A stretch of 64,000 bases of DNA, from positions 387,624,001-387,688,000 of the forward strand of contig OZ024741.1 in assembly GCA_964016885.1 (NCBI GenBank). Reading direction: 5' to 3'. The notes below the pieces were generated by a model. That model ran no database searches, was not told the origin of the DNA, and saw nothing but the letters and a program-made list of their open reading frames with translations. Source of the stretch: Eledone cirrhosa (Eukaryota). Shown here piece after piece: positions 38,901 to 54,139 of the stretch. The position numbers and the translations under genes are program-made. The stretch's first letter is position 1. Each line of letters starts with the position of its first letter.

Positions 38901-41900
38901 CGACACTATTGAATCTGTCAATAGCTCAATGTATTTTGTCTGACACTCTACTGATTCTGTCAATAGCACAATGTATTTTGTCTGACACTCTACTGATTCT
39001 GTCAATAGCACAATGTATTTTGTCTGACACTCTACTGATTCTGTCAATAGCTCAATGTATTTTGTCTGACACTCTACTGATTCTGTCAATAGCACAATGT
39101 ATTTTGTCTGACACTATTGATTCTGTCAATAGCACAATGTATTTTGTCTGACACTCTTCTGATTCTGTCAAAAGCTCAATGTATTTTGTCTGACACTCTA
39201 CTGATTCTGTCAATAGCACAATGTATTTTGTCTGACACTCTACTGATTCTGTCAATAGCTCAATGTATTTTGTCTGACACTCTACTGATTCTGTCAATAG
39301 CACAATGTATTTTGTCTGACACTATTGATTCTGTCAATAGCACAATGTATTTTGTCTGACACTATTGATTCTGTCAATAGCTCAATGTATTTTGTCTGAC
39401 ACTATTGATTCTGTCAATAGCTCAATGTATTTTGTCTGACACTCTTCTGATTCTGTCAATAGCACTATGTATTTTGTTTGACACTCTACTGATTCTGTCA
39501 ATAGCACAATGTATTTTGTTTGACACTATTGATTCTGTCAAAAGCTCAATGTATTTTGTCTGACACTATTGATTCTGTCAAAAGCTCAATGTATTTTGCT
39601 TGACACTACTGATTCTGTCAATAGCTCAATGTATTTTGTCTGACACTCTACTGATTCTGTCAATAGCACAATGTATTTTGCTTGACACTACTGATTCTGT
39701 CAAAAGCTCAATGTATTTTGTCTGACACTCTACTGATTCTGTCAAAAGCTCAATGTATTTTGTCTGACACTCTACTGATTCTGTCAATAGCACAATGTAT
39801 TTTGTCTAACACTCTACTGATTATGTCAATAGCACAATGTATTTTGTCTGACACTCTACTGATTCTGTCAATAGCACAATGTATTTTGTCCGACACTATT
39901 GAATCTGTCAATAGCTCAATGTATTTTGTCCGACACTATTGAATCTGTCAATAGCTCAATGTATTTTGTCTGACACTCTACTGATTCTGTGAATAGCACA
40001 ATGTATTTTGTCTGACACTCTACTGATTCTGTCAATAGCACAATGTATTTTGTCTGACACTCTACTGATTCTGTCAATAGCTCAATGTATTTTGTCTGAC
40101 ACTCTACTGATTCTGTCAATAGCACAATGTATTTTGTCTGACACTATTGATTCTGTCAAAAGCTCAATGTATTTTGTCTGACACTCTACTGATTCTGTCA
40201 ATAGCACAATGTATTTTGTCTGACACTATTGATTCTGTCAATAGCACAATGTATTTTGTCTGACACTCTTCTGATTCTGTCAAAAGCTCAATGTATTTTG
40301 TCTGACACTCTTCTGATTCTGTCAAAAGCTCAATGTATTTTGTCTGACACTCTACTGATTCTGTCAATAGCACAATGTATTTTGTCTGACACTACTGATT
40401 CTGTCAATAGCTCAATGTATTTTGTCTGACACTCTACTGATTCTGTCAATAGCACAATGTATTTTGTCTGACACTATTGATTCTGTCAAAAGCTCAATGT
40501 ATTTTGTCTGACACTCTACTGATTCTGTCAATAGCACAATGTATTTTGTCTGACACTATTGATTCTGTCAATAGCACAATGTATTTTGTCTGACACTCTT
40601 CTGATTCTGTCAAAAGCTCAATGTATTTTGTCTGACACTCTTCTGATTCTGTCAAAAGCTCAATGTATTTTGTCTGACACTCTACTGATTCTGTCAATAG
40701 CACAATGTATTTTGTTTGACACTACTGATTCTGTCAATAGCACAATGTATTTTGTCTGACACTCTACTGATTCTGTCAATAGCTCAATGTATTTTGTCTG
40801 ACACTCTACTGATTCTGGCAATAGCACAATGTATTTTGTCTGACACTCTACTGATTCTGTCAATAGCACAATGTATTTTGTCTGACACTATTGATTCTGT
40901 CAATAGCTCAATGTATTTTGTCTGACACTCTACTGATTCTGTCAATAGCTCAATGTATTTTGTCTGACATTACTGATTCTGTCAATAGCACAATGTATTT
41001 TGTCTGACACTATTGATTCTGTCAATAGCACAATGTATTTTGTCTGACACTATTGATTCTGTCAATAGCACAATGTATTTTGACTGACACTCTACTGATT
41101 CTGTCAATAGCACAATGTATTTTGTCTGACACTATTGATTCTGTCAATAGCACAATGTATTTTGTCTGACACTCTACTGATTCTGTCAATAGCTCAATGT
41201 ATTTTGTCTGACACTCTACTGATTCTGTCAATAGCACAATGTATTTTGTCTGACACTATTGATTCTGTCAATAGCACAATGTATTTTGTCTGACACTCTA
41301 CTGATTCTGTCAAAAGCACAATGTATTTTGTCTGACACTCTACTGATTCTGTCAATAGCACAATGTATTTTGTCTGACACTCTACTGATTCTGTCAATAG
41401 CTCAATGTATTTTGTCTGACACTCTACTGATTCTGTCAATAGCACAATGTATTTTGCTTGACACTACTGATTCTGTCAAAAGCTCAATGTATTTTGTCTG
41501 ACACTCTACTGATTCTGTCAATAGCACAATGTATTTTGTCTAACACTCTACTGATTATGTCAATAGCACAATGTATTTCGTCTGACACTCTACTGATTCT
41601 GTCAATAGCACAATGTATTTTGTCCGACACTATTGAATCTGTCAATAGCTCAATGTATTTTGTCTGACACTCTACTGATTCTGTCAATAGCACAATGTAT
41701 TTTGTCTGACACTCTACTGATTCTGTCAATAGCACAATGTATTTTGTCTGACACTCTACTGATTCTGTCAATAGCTCAACGTATTTTGTCTGACACTCTA
41801 CTGATTCTGTCAATAGCACAATGTATTTTGTCTGACACTATTGATTCTGTCAAAAGCTCAATGTATTTTGTCTGACACTCTACTGATTCTGTCAATAGCA

Positions 41901-44900
41901 CAATGTATTTTGTCTGACACTATTGATTCTGTCAATAGCACAATGTATTTTGTCTGACACTCTTCTGATTCTGTCAAAAGCTCAATGTATTTTGTCTGAC
42001 ACTCTTCTGATTCTGTCAAAAGCTCAATGTATTTTGTCTGACACTCTACTGATTCTGTCAATAGCACAATGTATTTTGTTTGACACTACTGATTCTGTCA
42101 ATAGCACAATGTATTTTGTCTGACACTCTACTGATTCTGTCAATAGCTCAATGTATTTTGTCTGACACTCTACTGATTCTGTCAATAGCACAATGTATTT
42201 TGTCTGACACTCTACTGATTCTGTCAATAGCACAATGTATTTTGTCTGACACTATTGATTCTGTCAATAGCTCAATGTATTTTGTCTGACACTCTACTGA
42301 TTCTGTCAATAGCACAATGTATTTTGTCTGACACTATTGATTCTGTCAATAGCACAATGTATTTTGTCTGACACTCTACTGATTCTGTCAAAAGCACAAT
42401 GTATTTTGTCTGACACTCTACTGATTCTGTCAATAGCACAATGTATTTTGTCTGACACTATTGATTCTGTCAATAGCACAATGTATTTTGTCTGACACTA
42501 TTGATTCTGTCAATAGCACAATGTATTTTGTCTGACACTCTACTGATTCTGTCAATAGCACAATGTATTTTGTCTGACACTATTGATTCTGTCAATAGCA
42601 CAATGTATTTTGTCTGACACTCTACTGATTCTGTCAATAGCTCAATGTATTTTGTCTGACACTCTACTGATTCTGTCAATAGCACAATGTATTTTGTCTG
42701 ACACTATTGATTCTGTCAATAGCACAATGTATTTTGTCTGACACTCTACTGATTCTGTCAAAAGCACAATGTATTTTGTCTGACACTCTACTAATTCTGT
42801 CAATAGCACAATGTATTTTGTCTGACACTCTACTGATTCTGTCAATAGCTCAATGTATTTTGTCTGACACTCTACTGATTCTGTCAATAGCACAATGTAT
42901 TTTGTCTGACACTATTGATTCTGTCAATAGCTCAATGTATTTTGTCTGACACTCTACTGATTCTGTCAATAGCACAATGTATTTTGTCTGACACTCTACT
43001 GATTCTGTCAATAGCTCAATGTATTTTGTCTGACACTCTACTGATTCTGTCAATAGCACAATGTATTTTGTCTGACACTATTGATTCTGTCAATAGCACA
43101 ATGTATTTTGTCTGACACTATTGATTCTGTCAATAGCTCAATGTATTTTGTCTGACACTCTTCTGATTCTGTCAATAGCACTATGTATTTTGTTTGACAC
43201 TCTACTGATTCTGTCAATAGCACAATGTATTTTGTTTGACACTATTGATTCTGTCAAAAGCTCAATGTATTTTGTCTGACACTATTGATTCTGTCAAAAG
43301 CTCAATGTATTTTGCTTGACACTACTGATTCTGTCAATAGCTCAATGTATTTTGTCTGACACTCTACTGATTCTGTCAATAGCACAATGTATTTTGCTTG
43401 ACACTACTGATTCTGTCAAAAGCTCAATGTATTTTGTCTGACACTCTACTGATTCTGTCAAAAGCTCAATGTATTTTGTCTGACACTCTACTGATTCTGT
43501 CAATAGCACAATGTATTTTGTCTAACACTCTACTGATTATGTCAATAGCACAATGTATTTTGTCTGACACTGTACTGATTCTGTCAATAGCACAATGTAT
43601 TTTGTCCGACACTATTGAATCTGTCAATAGCTCAATGTATTTTGTCTGACACTCTACTGATTCTGTGAATAGCACAATGTATTTTGTCTGACACTCTACT
43701 GATTCTGTCAATAGCACAATGTATTTTGTCTGACACTCTACTGATTCTGTCAATAGCTCAATGTATTTTGTCTGACACTCTACTGATTCTGTCAATAGCA
43801 CAATGTATTTTGTCTGACACTATTGATTCTGTCAAAAGCTCAATGTATTTTGTCTGACACTCTACTGATTCTGTCAATAGCACAATGTATTTTGTCTGAC
43901 ACTATTGATTCTGTCAATAGCACAATGTATTTTGTCTGACACTCTTCTGATTCTGTCAAAAGCTCAATGTATTTTGTCTGACACTCTTCTGATTCTGTCA
44001 AAAGCTCAATGTATTTTGTCTGACACTCTACTGATTCTGTCAATAGCACAATGTATTTTGTTTGACACTACTGATTCTGTCAATAGCACAATGTATTTTG
44101 TCTGACACTCTACTGATTCTGTCAATAGCTCAATGTATTTTGTCTGACACTCTACTGATTCTGTCAATAGCACAATGTATTTTGTCTGACACTCTACTGA
44201 TTCTGTCAATAGCACAATGTATTTTGTCTGACACTACTGATTCTGTCAATAGCTCAATGTATTTTGTCTGACACTCTACTGATTCTGTCAATAGCACAAT
44301 GTATTTTGTCTGACACTATTGATTCTGTCAATAGCACAATGTATTTTGTCTGACACTACTGATTCTGTCAATAGCTCAATGTATTTTGTCTGACACTCTA
44401 CTGATTCTGTCAATAGCACAATGTATTTTGTCTGACACTCTACTGATTCTGTCAATAGCACAATGTATTTTGTCTGACACTCTACTGATTCTGTCAATAG
44501 CTCAATGTATTTTGTCTGACACTCTACTGATTCTGTCAATAGCTCAATGTATTTTGTCTGACACTACTGATTCTGTCAATAGCACAATGTATTGATTCTG
44601 TCAATAGCACAATGTATTTTGTCTGACACTACTGATTCTGTCAATAGCACAATGTATTTTGTCTGACACTCTACTGATTCTGTCAATAGCACAATGTATT
44701 TTGTCTGACACTACTGATTCTGTCAATAGCTCAATGTATTTTGTCTGACATTCTACTGATTCTGTCAATAGCACAATGTATTTTGTCTGACACTCTACTG
44801 ATTCTGTCAATAGCACAATGTATTTTGTCTGACACTATTGATTCTGTCAATAGCTCAATGTATTTTGTCTGACACTCTACTGATTCTGTCAATAGCTCAA

Positions 44901-47900
44901 TGTATTTTGTCTGACACTACTGATTCTGTCAATAGCACAATGTATTTTGTCTGACACTCTACTGATTCTGTCAATAGCACAATGTATTTTGTCTGACACT
45001 CTACTGATTCTGTCAATAACACAAAGTATTTTGTCTGACACTATTGATTCTGTCAATAGCTCAATGTATTTTGTCTGACACTCTACTGATTCTGTCAATA
45101 GCACAATGTATTTTGTCTGACACTCTACTGATTCTGTCAATAGTACAATGTATTTTGTCTGACACTATTGATTCTGTCAATAGCTCAATGTATTTTGTCT
45201 GACACTATTGATTCTGTCAATAGCACAATGTATTTTGTCTGACACTATTGATTCTGTCAATAGCTCAATGTATTTTGTCTGACACTATTGATTCTGTCAA
45301 TAGCACAATGTATTTTGTCTGACACTCTACTGATTCTGTCAATAGTACAATGTATTTTGTCTGACACTATTGATTCTGTCAATAGCTCAATGTATTTTGT
45401 CTGACACTATTGCTTCTGTCAATAGCTCAATGTATTTTGTCTGACACTATTGATTCTGTCAATAGCACAATGTATTTTGTCTGACACTATTGATTCTGTC
45501 AATAGCTCAATGTATTTTGTCTGACACTATTGATTCTGTCAATAGCACAATGTATTTTGTCTGACACTCTACTGATTCTGTCAATAGCACAATGTATTTT
45601 GTCTGACACTATTGATTCTGTCAATAGCTCAATGTATTTTGTCTGACACTATTGATTCTGTCAATAGCACAATGTATTTTGTCTGACACTATTGATTCTG
45701 TCAATAGCTCAATGTATTTTGTCTGACACTATTGATTCTGTCAATAGCACAATGTATTTTGTCTGACACTCTACTGATTCTGTCAATAGCTCAATGTATT
45801 TTGTCTGACACTCTACTGATTCTGTCAATAGCACAATGTATTTTGTCTGACACTCTACTGATTCTGTCAATAGCACAATGTATTTTGTCTGACACTCTAC
45901 TGATTCTGTCAATAGCACAATGTATTTTGTCTGACACTCTACTGATTCTGTCAATAGCACAATGTATTTTGTCTGACACTCTACTGATTCTGTCAATAGC
46001 ACAATGTATTTTGTCTGACACTCTACTGATTCTGTCAATAGTACAATGTATTTTGTCTGACACTATTGATTCTGTCAATAGCTCAATGTATTTTGTCTGA
46101 CACTATTGATTCTGTCAATAGCACAATGTATTTTGTCTGACACTCTACTGATTCTGTCAATAGCACAATGTATTTTGTCTGACACTCTACTGATTCTGTC
46201 AATAGCTCAATGTATTTTGTCTGACACTACTGATTCTGTCAATAGCACAATGTATTTTGTCTGACACTCTACTGATTCTGTCAATAGCACAATGTATTTT
46301 GTCTGACACTCTACTGATTCTGTCAATAGCACAATGTATTTTGTCTGACACTCTACTGATTCTGTCAATAGTACAATGTATTTTGTCTGACACTATTGAT
46401 TCTGTCAATAGCTCAATGTATTTTGTCTGACACTATTGATTCTGTCAATAGCACAATGTATTTTGTCTGACACTCTACTGATTCTGTCAATAGCACAATG
46501 TATTTTGTCTGACACTCTACTGATTCTGTCAATAGCTCAATGTATTTTGTCTGACACTATTGATTCTGTCAATAGCACACTGTATTTTGTCTGACACTAT
46601 TGATTCTGTCAATAGCACAATGTATTTTGTCTGACACTATTGATTCTGTCAATAGCACAATGTATTTTGTCTGACACTATTGATTCTGTCAATAGCACAA
46701 TGTATTTTGTCTGACACTCTACTGATTCTGTCAATAGCTCAATGTATTTTGTCTGACACTATTGATTCTGTCAATAGCTCAATGTATTTTGTCTGACACT
46801 CTACTGATTCTGTCAATAGCACAATGTATTTTGTCTGACACTCTACTGATTCTGTCAATAGCACAATGTATTTTGTCTGACCCTCTACTGATTCTGTCAA
46901 TAGCACAATGTATTTTGTCTGACACTCTACTGATTCTGTCAATAGCACAATGTATTTAATCTGACACTCTACTGATTCTGTCAATAGCACAATGTATTTT
47001 GTCTGACACTATTGATTCTGTCAATAGCACAATGTATTTTGTCTGACACTACTGATTCTGTCAATAGCTCAATGTATTTTGTCTGACACTATTGATTCTG
47101 TCAATAGCTCAATGTATTTTGTCTGACACTATTGATTCTGTCAATAGCTCAATGTATTTTGTCTGACACTCTACTGATTCTGTCAATAGCTCAATGTATT
47201 TTGTCTGACACTCTACTGATTCTGTCAATAGCACAATGTATTTTGTCTGACACTATTGATTCTATCAATAGCACAATATATTTTGTCTGACACTATTGAT
47301 TCTGTCAATAGCACAATGTATTTTGTCTGACACTATTGATTCTGTCAATAGCTCAATGTATTTTGTCTGACACTATTGATTCTGTCAATAGCACAATGTA
47401 TTTTGTCTGACACTCTACTGATTCTGTCAAAAGCACAATGTATTTTGTCTGACACTATTGATTCTGTCAATAGCACAATGTATTTTGTCTGACACTATTG
47501 ATTCTGTCAATAGCTCAATGTATTTTGTCTGACACTATTGATTCTGTCAATAGCACAATGTATTTTGTCTGACACTACTGATTCTGTCAATAGCACAATG
47601 TATTTTGCTTGACACTACTGATTCTGTCAAAAGCTCAATGTATTTTGTCTGACACTCTACTGATTCTGTCAATAGCACAATGTATTTTGTCTAACACTCT
47701 ACTGATTATGTCAATAGCACAATGTATTTTGTCTGACACTCTACTGATTCTGTCAATAGCACAATGTATTTTGTCTGACACTATTGATTCTGTCAATAGC
47801 ACAATGTATTTTGTCTGACACTCTTCTGATTCTGTCAAAAGCTCAATGTATTTTGTCTGACACTCTTCTGATTCTGTCAAAAGCTCAATGTATTTTGTCT

Positions 47901-50900
47901 GACACTCTACTGATTCTGTCAATAGCACAATGTATTTTGTTTGACACTACTGATTCTGTCAATAGCACAATGTATTTTGTCTGACACTCTACTGATTCTG
48001 TCAATAGCTCAATGTATTTTGTCTGACACTCTACTGATTCTGTCAATAGCACAATGTATTTTGTCTGACACTCTACTGATTCTGTCAATAGCACAATGTA
48101 TTTTGTCTGACACTACTGATTCTGTCAATAGCTCAATGTATTTTGTCTGACACTCTACTGATTCTGTCAATAGCACAATGTATTTTGTCTGACACTATTG
48201 ATTCTGTCAATAGCACAATGTATTTTGTCTGACACCACTGATTCTGTCAATAGCTCAATGTATTTTGTCTGACACTCTACTGATTCTGTCAATAGCACAA
48301 TGTATTTTGTCTGACACTCTACTGATTCTGTCAATAGCACAATGTATTTTGTCTGACACACTACTGATTCTGTCAATAGCTCAATGTATTTTGTCTGACA
48401 CTCTACTGATTCTGTCAATAGCTCAATGTATTTTGTCTGACACTACTGATTCTGTCAATAGCACAATGTATTGATTCTGTCAATAGCACAATGTATTTTG
48501 TCTGACACTACTGATTCTGTCAATAGCACAATGTATTTTGTCTGACACTCTACTGATTCTGTCAATAGCACAATGTATTTTGTCTGACACTACTGATTCT
48601 GTCAATAGCTCAATGTATTTTGTCTGACACTCTACTGATTCTGTCAATAGCACAATGTATTTTGTCTGTCACTCTACTGATTCTGTCAATAGCACAATGT
48701 ATTTTGTCTGACACTATTGATTCTGTCAATAGCTCAATGTATTTTGTCTGACACTCTACTGATTCTGTCAATAGCTCAATGTATTTTGTCTGACACTCTA
48801 CTGATTCTGTCAATAGCACAATGTATTTTGTCTGACACTCTACTGATTCTGTCAATAGCACAAAGTATTTTGTCTGACACTCTACTGATTCTGTCAATAG
48901 TACAATGTATTTTGTCTGACACTATTGATTCTGTCAATAGCTCAATGTATTTTGTCTGACACTATTGATTCTGTCAATAGCACAATGTATTTTGTCTGAC
49001 ACTATTGATTCTGTCAATAGCTCAATGTATTTTGTCTGACACTATTGATTCTGTCAATAGCACAATGTATTTTGTCTGACACTCTACTGATTCTGTCAAT
49101 AGTACAATGTATTTTGTCTGACACTATTGATTCTGTCAATAGCTCAATGTATTTTGTCTGACACTATTGCTTCTGTCAATAGCTCAATGTATTTTGTCTG
49201 ACACTATTGATTCTGTCAATAGCACAATGTATTTTGTCTGACACTATTGATTCTGTCAATAGCTCAATGTATTTTGTCTGACACTATTGATTCTGTCAAT
49301 AGCACAATGTATTTTGTCTGACACTCTACTGATTCTGTCAATAGCTCAATGTATTTTGTCTGACACTCTACTGATTCTGTCAATCGCACAATGTATTTTG
49401 TCTGACACTCTACTGATTCTGTCAATAGCACAATGTATTTTGTCTGACACTCTACTGATTCTGTCAATAGCACAATGTATTTTGTCTGACACTCTACTGA
49501 TTCTGTCAATAGCACAATGTATTTTGTCTGACACTCTACTGATTCTGTCAATAGCACAATGTATTTTGTCTGACACTCTACTGATTCTGTCAATAGTACA
49601 ATGTATTTTGTCTGACACTATTGATTCTGTCAATAGCTCAATGTATTTTGTCTGACACTATTGCTTCTGTCAATAGCTCAATGTATTTTGTCTGACACTA
49701 TTGATTCTGTCAATAGCACAATGTATTTTGTCTGACACTATTGATTCTGTCAATAGCTCAATGTATTTTGTCTGACACTATTGATTCTGTCAATAGCACA
49801 ATGTATTTTGTCTGACACTCTACTGATTCTGTCAATAGCTCAATGTATTTTGTCTGACACTCTACTGATTCTGTCAATCGCACAATGTATTTTGTCTGAC
49901 ACTCTACTGATTCTGTCAATAGCACAATGTATTTTGTCTGACACTCTACTGATTCTGTCAATAGCACAATGTATTTTGTCTGACACTCTACTGATTCTGT
50001 CAATAGCACAATGTATTTTGTCTGACACTCTACTGATTCTGTCAATAGCACAATGTATTTTGTCTGACACTCTACTGATTCTGTCAATAGTACAATGTAT
50101 TTTGTCTGACACTATTGATTCTGTCAATAGCTCAATGTATTTTGTCTGACACTATTGATTCTGTCAATAGCACAATGTATTTTGTCTGACACTCTACTGA
50201 TTCTGTCAATAGCACAATGTATTTTGTCTGACACTCTACTGATTCTGTCAATAGCTCAATGTATTTTGTCTGACACTACTGATTCTGTCAATAGCACAAT
50301 GTATTTTGTCTGACACTCTACTGATTCTGTCAATAGCACAATGTATTTTGTCTGACACTCTACTGATTCTGTCAATAGCACAATGTATTTTGTCTGACAC
50401 TATTGATTCTGTCAATAGCACAATGTATTTTGTCTGACACTCTACTGATTCTGTCAATAGCTCAATGTATTTTGTCTGACACTATTGATTCTGTCAATAG
50501 CTCAATGTATTTTGTCTGACACTCTACTGATTCTGTCAATAGCACAATGTATTTTGTCTGACACTCTACTGATTCTGTCAATAGCACAATGTATTTTGTC
50601 TGACACTCTACTGATTTTGTCAATAGCACAATGTATTTTGTCTGACACTCTACTGATTCTGTCAATAGCACAATGTATTTAATCTGACACTCTACTGATT
50701 CTGTCAATAGCACAATGTATTTTGTCTGACACTATTGATTCTGTCAATAGCACAATGTATTTTGTCTGACACTACTGATTCTGTCAATAGCTCAATGTAT
50801 TTTGTCTGACACTATTGATTCTGTCAATAGCTCAATGTATTTTGTCTGACACTATTGATTCTGTCAATAGCTCAATGTATTTTGTCTGACACTCTACTGA

Positions 50901-51891
50901 TTCTGTCAATAGCTCAATGTATTTTGTCTGACACTCTACTGATTCTGTCAATAGCACAATGTATTTTGTCTGACACTATTGATTCTATCAATAGCACAAT
51001 ATATTTTGTCTGACACTATTGATTCTGTCAATAGCACAATGTATTTTGTCTGACACTATTGATTCTGTCAATAGCTCAATGTATTTTGTCTGACACTATT
51101 GATTCTGTCAATAGCACAATGTATTTTGTCTGACACTCTACTGATTCTGTCAAAAGCACAATGTATTTTGTCTGACACTATTGATTCTGTCAATAGCTCA
51201 ATGTATTTTGTCTGACACTATTGATTCTGTCAATAGCACAATGTATTTTGTCTGACACTACTGATTCTGTCAATAGCACAATGTATTTTGTCTGACACTA
51301 TTGATTCTGTCAATAGCTCAATGTATTTTGTCTGACACTCTACTGATTCTGTCAATAGCACAATGTATTTTGTCTGACACTCTACTGATTCTGTCAATAG
51401 CACAATGTATTTTGTCTGACACTCTACTGATTCTGTCAATAGCACAATGTATTTTGTCTGACACTCTACTGATTCTGTCAATAGCACAATGTATTTTGTC
51501 TGACACTATTTATTCTGTCTGACACTCTACTGATTCTGTCAATAGCACAATGTATTTTGTCTGACACTATTGATTCTGTCAATAGTTCAATGTATTTTGT
51601 CTGACACTCTACTGATTCTGTCAATAGCACAATGTATTTTGTCTGACACTCTACTGATTCTGTCAATAGCACAATGTATTTTGTCTGACACTCTACTGAT
51701 TCTGTCAATAGCACAATGTATTTTGTCTGACACTCTACTGATTCTGTCAATAGCACAATGTATTTTGTCTGACACTCTACTGATTCTGTCAATAGCACAA
51801 TGTATTTTGTCTGACACTCTACTGATTCTGTCAATAGCTCAATGTATTTTGTCTGACACTCTACTGATTCTGTCATCCAATGCCACCACCA
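35985..51891 (-). mobile_element. Old S1-type tRNA-SINE split by the 40/42-bp satellite
   Basis: Minus strand: head ggtggtggcattggatgacagaatcagtagag at 51891-51860. After the array: ctttacattctgatttcaaacc...ggtcaacagtgcatatcatccttcc...aaaacaaatacc (B box + core) at 36075-35988. Confidence 0.8.
36076..51875. repeat. Satellite, 40/42-bp unit (aatagcacaatgtattttgtctgacactctactgattctgtc), about 380 copies, 15.8 kb
   Basis: Direct reading; explains all LSDTLLILSIAQC / TESVECQTKYI ORFs. Confidence 0.99.
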
Positions 51892-53018
51892 TATACTTAA
51901 TCATAATTTGCAATATTAACATATTTTAAGAGGGTTTTGTAGTTTGCTTGGTGCACTGTGTTAGTGTATAAAGCAGTATGTTATTTGAAGACTCTGAAAA
52001 TGCAAAGCGGATGGTAGATTTTGGAATAAATTGAAGGTAACAAAGATGCTGGTGTGTCACCTGTTATTTTATTTACCTGTACTAATATTTCAGGTCTAAA
52101 AACCCTTCGCCAGAAGATTATAAGAAAATGGATTGAACTACCTGCTATTCTTGTCGTTATTTTTCTTCTTTTTAAGATTTGTAGCCAGGTTTTGATCATT
52201 TAAGTTGGATTAAATAGTAATAATTGCCATTGTAAAATCTGACTCTTTTAGATTATTGAAATAAGACAGCACCAAGTTTCACCATTTAAGGTGAGACTTG
52301 TTGTTACTGAAATCCAAGTCAGCATTCATCAACAGACCTGTAATTAAAGGCATATTTCAAAAGTTTATCAAGAATGTTCTTCCTTAATCTCCCCCCCCCC
52401 CCTCAAAAAAAGAAAAAAACATTAGCATATCATTTGAGTGAGATTTAACTAGAAGTTCAAGTGGCTACTAAAGGTGTTGGCATTAAAAAACTGTTTGAAA
52501 AGTCCTGTCCAACCCATACCGGCATGGGAAAGCAGAAGATATGTAAAAACAATGACAATGATGATAATTATATACTCGAATATAAGCCAACCCCACTCTT
52601 TTATGTCTGAGAAATGGGCAAAAATCCAAACCTTATTTATGTAGAATTTAAAGTTGGTGAAAATCGTCAAACTATTAACCCCAAATATAATCCGACTCCC
52701 CCTTCTACAATCGGCTTATTTTTGAGTATATATGGTGTACTTAATCACATTGCTTTGCATCCTGAATCCCCCCCCCCCCACACACACACATCACCACCAC
52801 CAACTCCACCTCATTATTCTCAAGTAAGAGGTGAATAGCTAAGAATGGAGAAAAACAATTCATAACATTAAAATATTTCTCTTGTCTAAAAAGAAATTTG
52901 TTTTCCAACAAAAGATAAAAGAATTCCTCTTAATTTAAAATCTAATATATAAAATATATTTTAATATTAAACCGAATCAAATTTTTCTTTTCCTTTTTTC
53001 CATTTTCCTTTTATGTAG

Positions 53019-53365
53019 ATTCTTTTTATGATAAAAGAACTAACCCAGGTGGACCAGAGGATACATGCAGTAAAGATTCAACAATTGGTAAAGATGGCTG
53101 CAACAATACTGCTCCAACAAAATGGTGCTGTTTTATTCAAGACATTAATCATTCACATATGTTCCTGATATTTGTCCCAGCATCTTTTGATGACTTGCTC
53201 ACTCTGAAATCCAGCAGCTTCACAGAGACATTGCATGATAATCTGGAGATTGTTGCAGTAAAGGAGTGGGACCTAGGTTGCCAGAAACTATCTGATCAGT
53301 TGTCTGATGAGGTGCTATCAAATAAAGAAAGACTTTCAAATGATTCATTGCCAACAACGGAACTG
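53019..53365 (+). CDS. SZT2: SZT2-like exon D (...KWCCFIQDINHSHMFLIFVPASFDDL...)
   Basis: Polypyrimidine tract + tgtag acceptor, gtaatt donor, 347 nt, phase 1 to 0. Resembles recalled SZT2 '[25 protein letters not shown]'. Confidence 0.88.
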
Positions 53366-54139
53366 GTAATTCCTTTCTTTTAATATTTTCCTATTCAGTA
53401 CCTTCTACTATCACCCTTCTATATTGTTAGTCATAACTCTCTCTCTCTCCCTTATATCAATCTTCATCGACATTTCTCATCACTCATCCTATCATGCTTC
53501 TCATGCTGTTTTCCTATTCCATCTCCTTACCAACAGCTTACTTGTAGCTATTGCTATCTCTTTTCCTTTACCATCCTTTCATTCCTATCATTTCTGTTTT
53601 TCCTCACATTATTTTTACCTTCTTGGTCATCACTACTATTAACTCTTTTATCAAATTTGCCTTGGGAAAAACAAAGACAACAGAGTAGAGAGCCCTCTTT
53701 AGTTATGCAAGGGGAAAAACTCCATCTCTAGTCTTGATAAAATATACCTAGTACACTCTGTAAACTGATTGATGACCGGAGACTACATAAAGAAAGCAGA
53801 CTTTTCACTCTTGTTGAGGACAAAACAACCTCTCTAGTGTTGGTGTCACAATAAAATGCAACCAGTACATTATCTAAAGTAGTCAGTGCTAGGAAGGGCA
53901 TCCAGCTATAGATATCATGTCAAAAACGGAATGTACGAGTGAGATGTGTTCCTCTGACTTCAATAGGAGAGCAGTGCCTTCAAACTGATAAGAACTGACT
54001 TGCACCATGACAACCTGCCCAACCTCTGCCAGCATGGAAAAATAACATAACATTGCTGATGATGGGGGATTATGATGGCTAAGATGTTGGTGACAGGAAT
54101 GTTTATATTTCATTCAAAAGCTTTAAAATTTAATATCTA

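Noticed and set aside
35979-51929. About 100 short ORFs (LSDTLLILSIAQC / TESVECQTKYI repeats) as a repetitive protein gene
   Set aside because: Artefact of a 42-bp unit with frequent 40-bp frameshifting units; intronic, SINE-derived.
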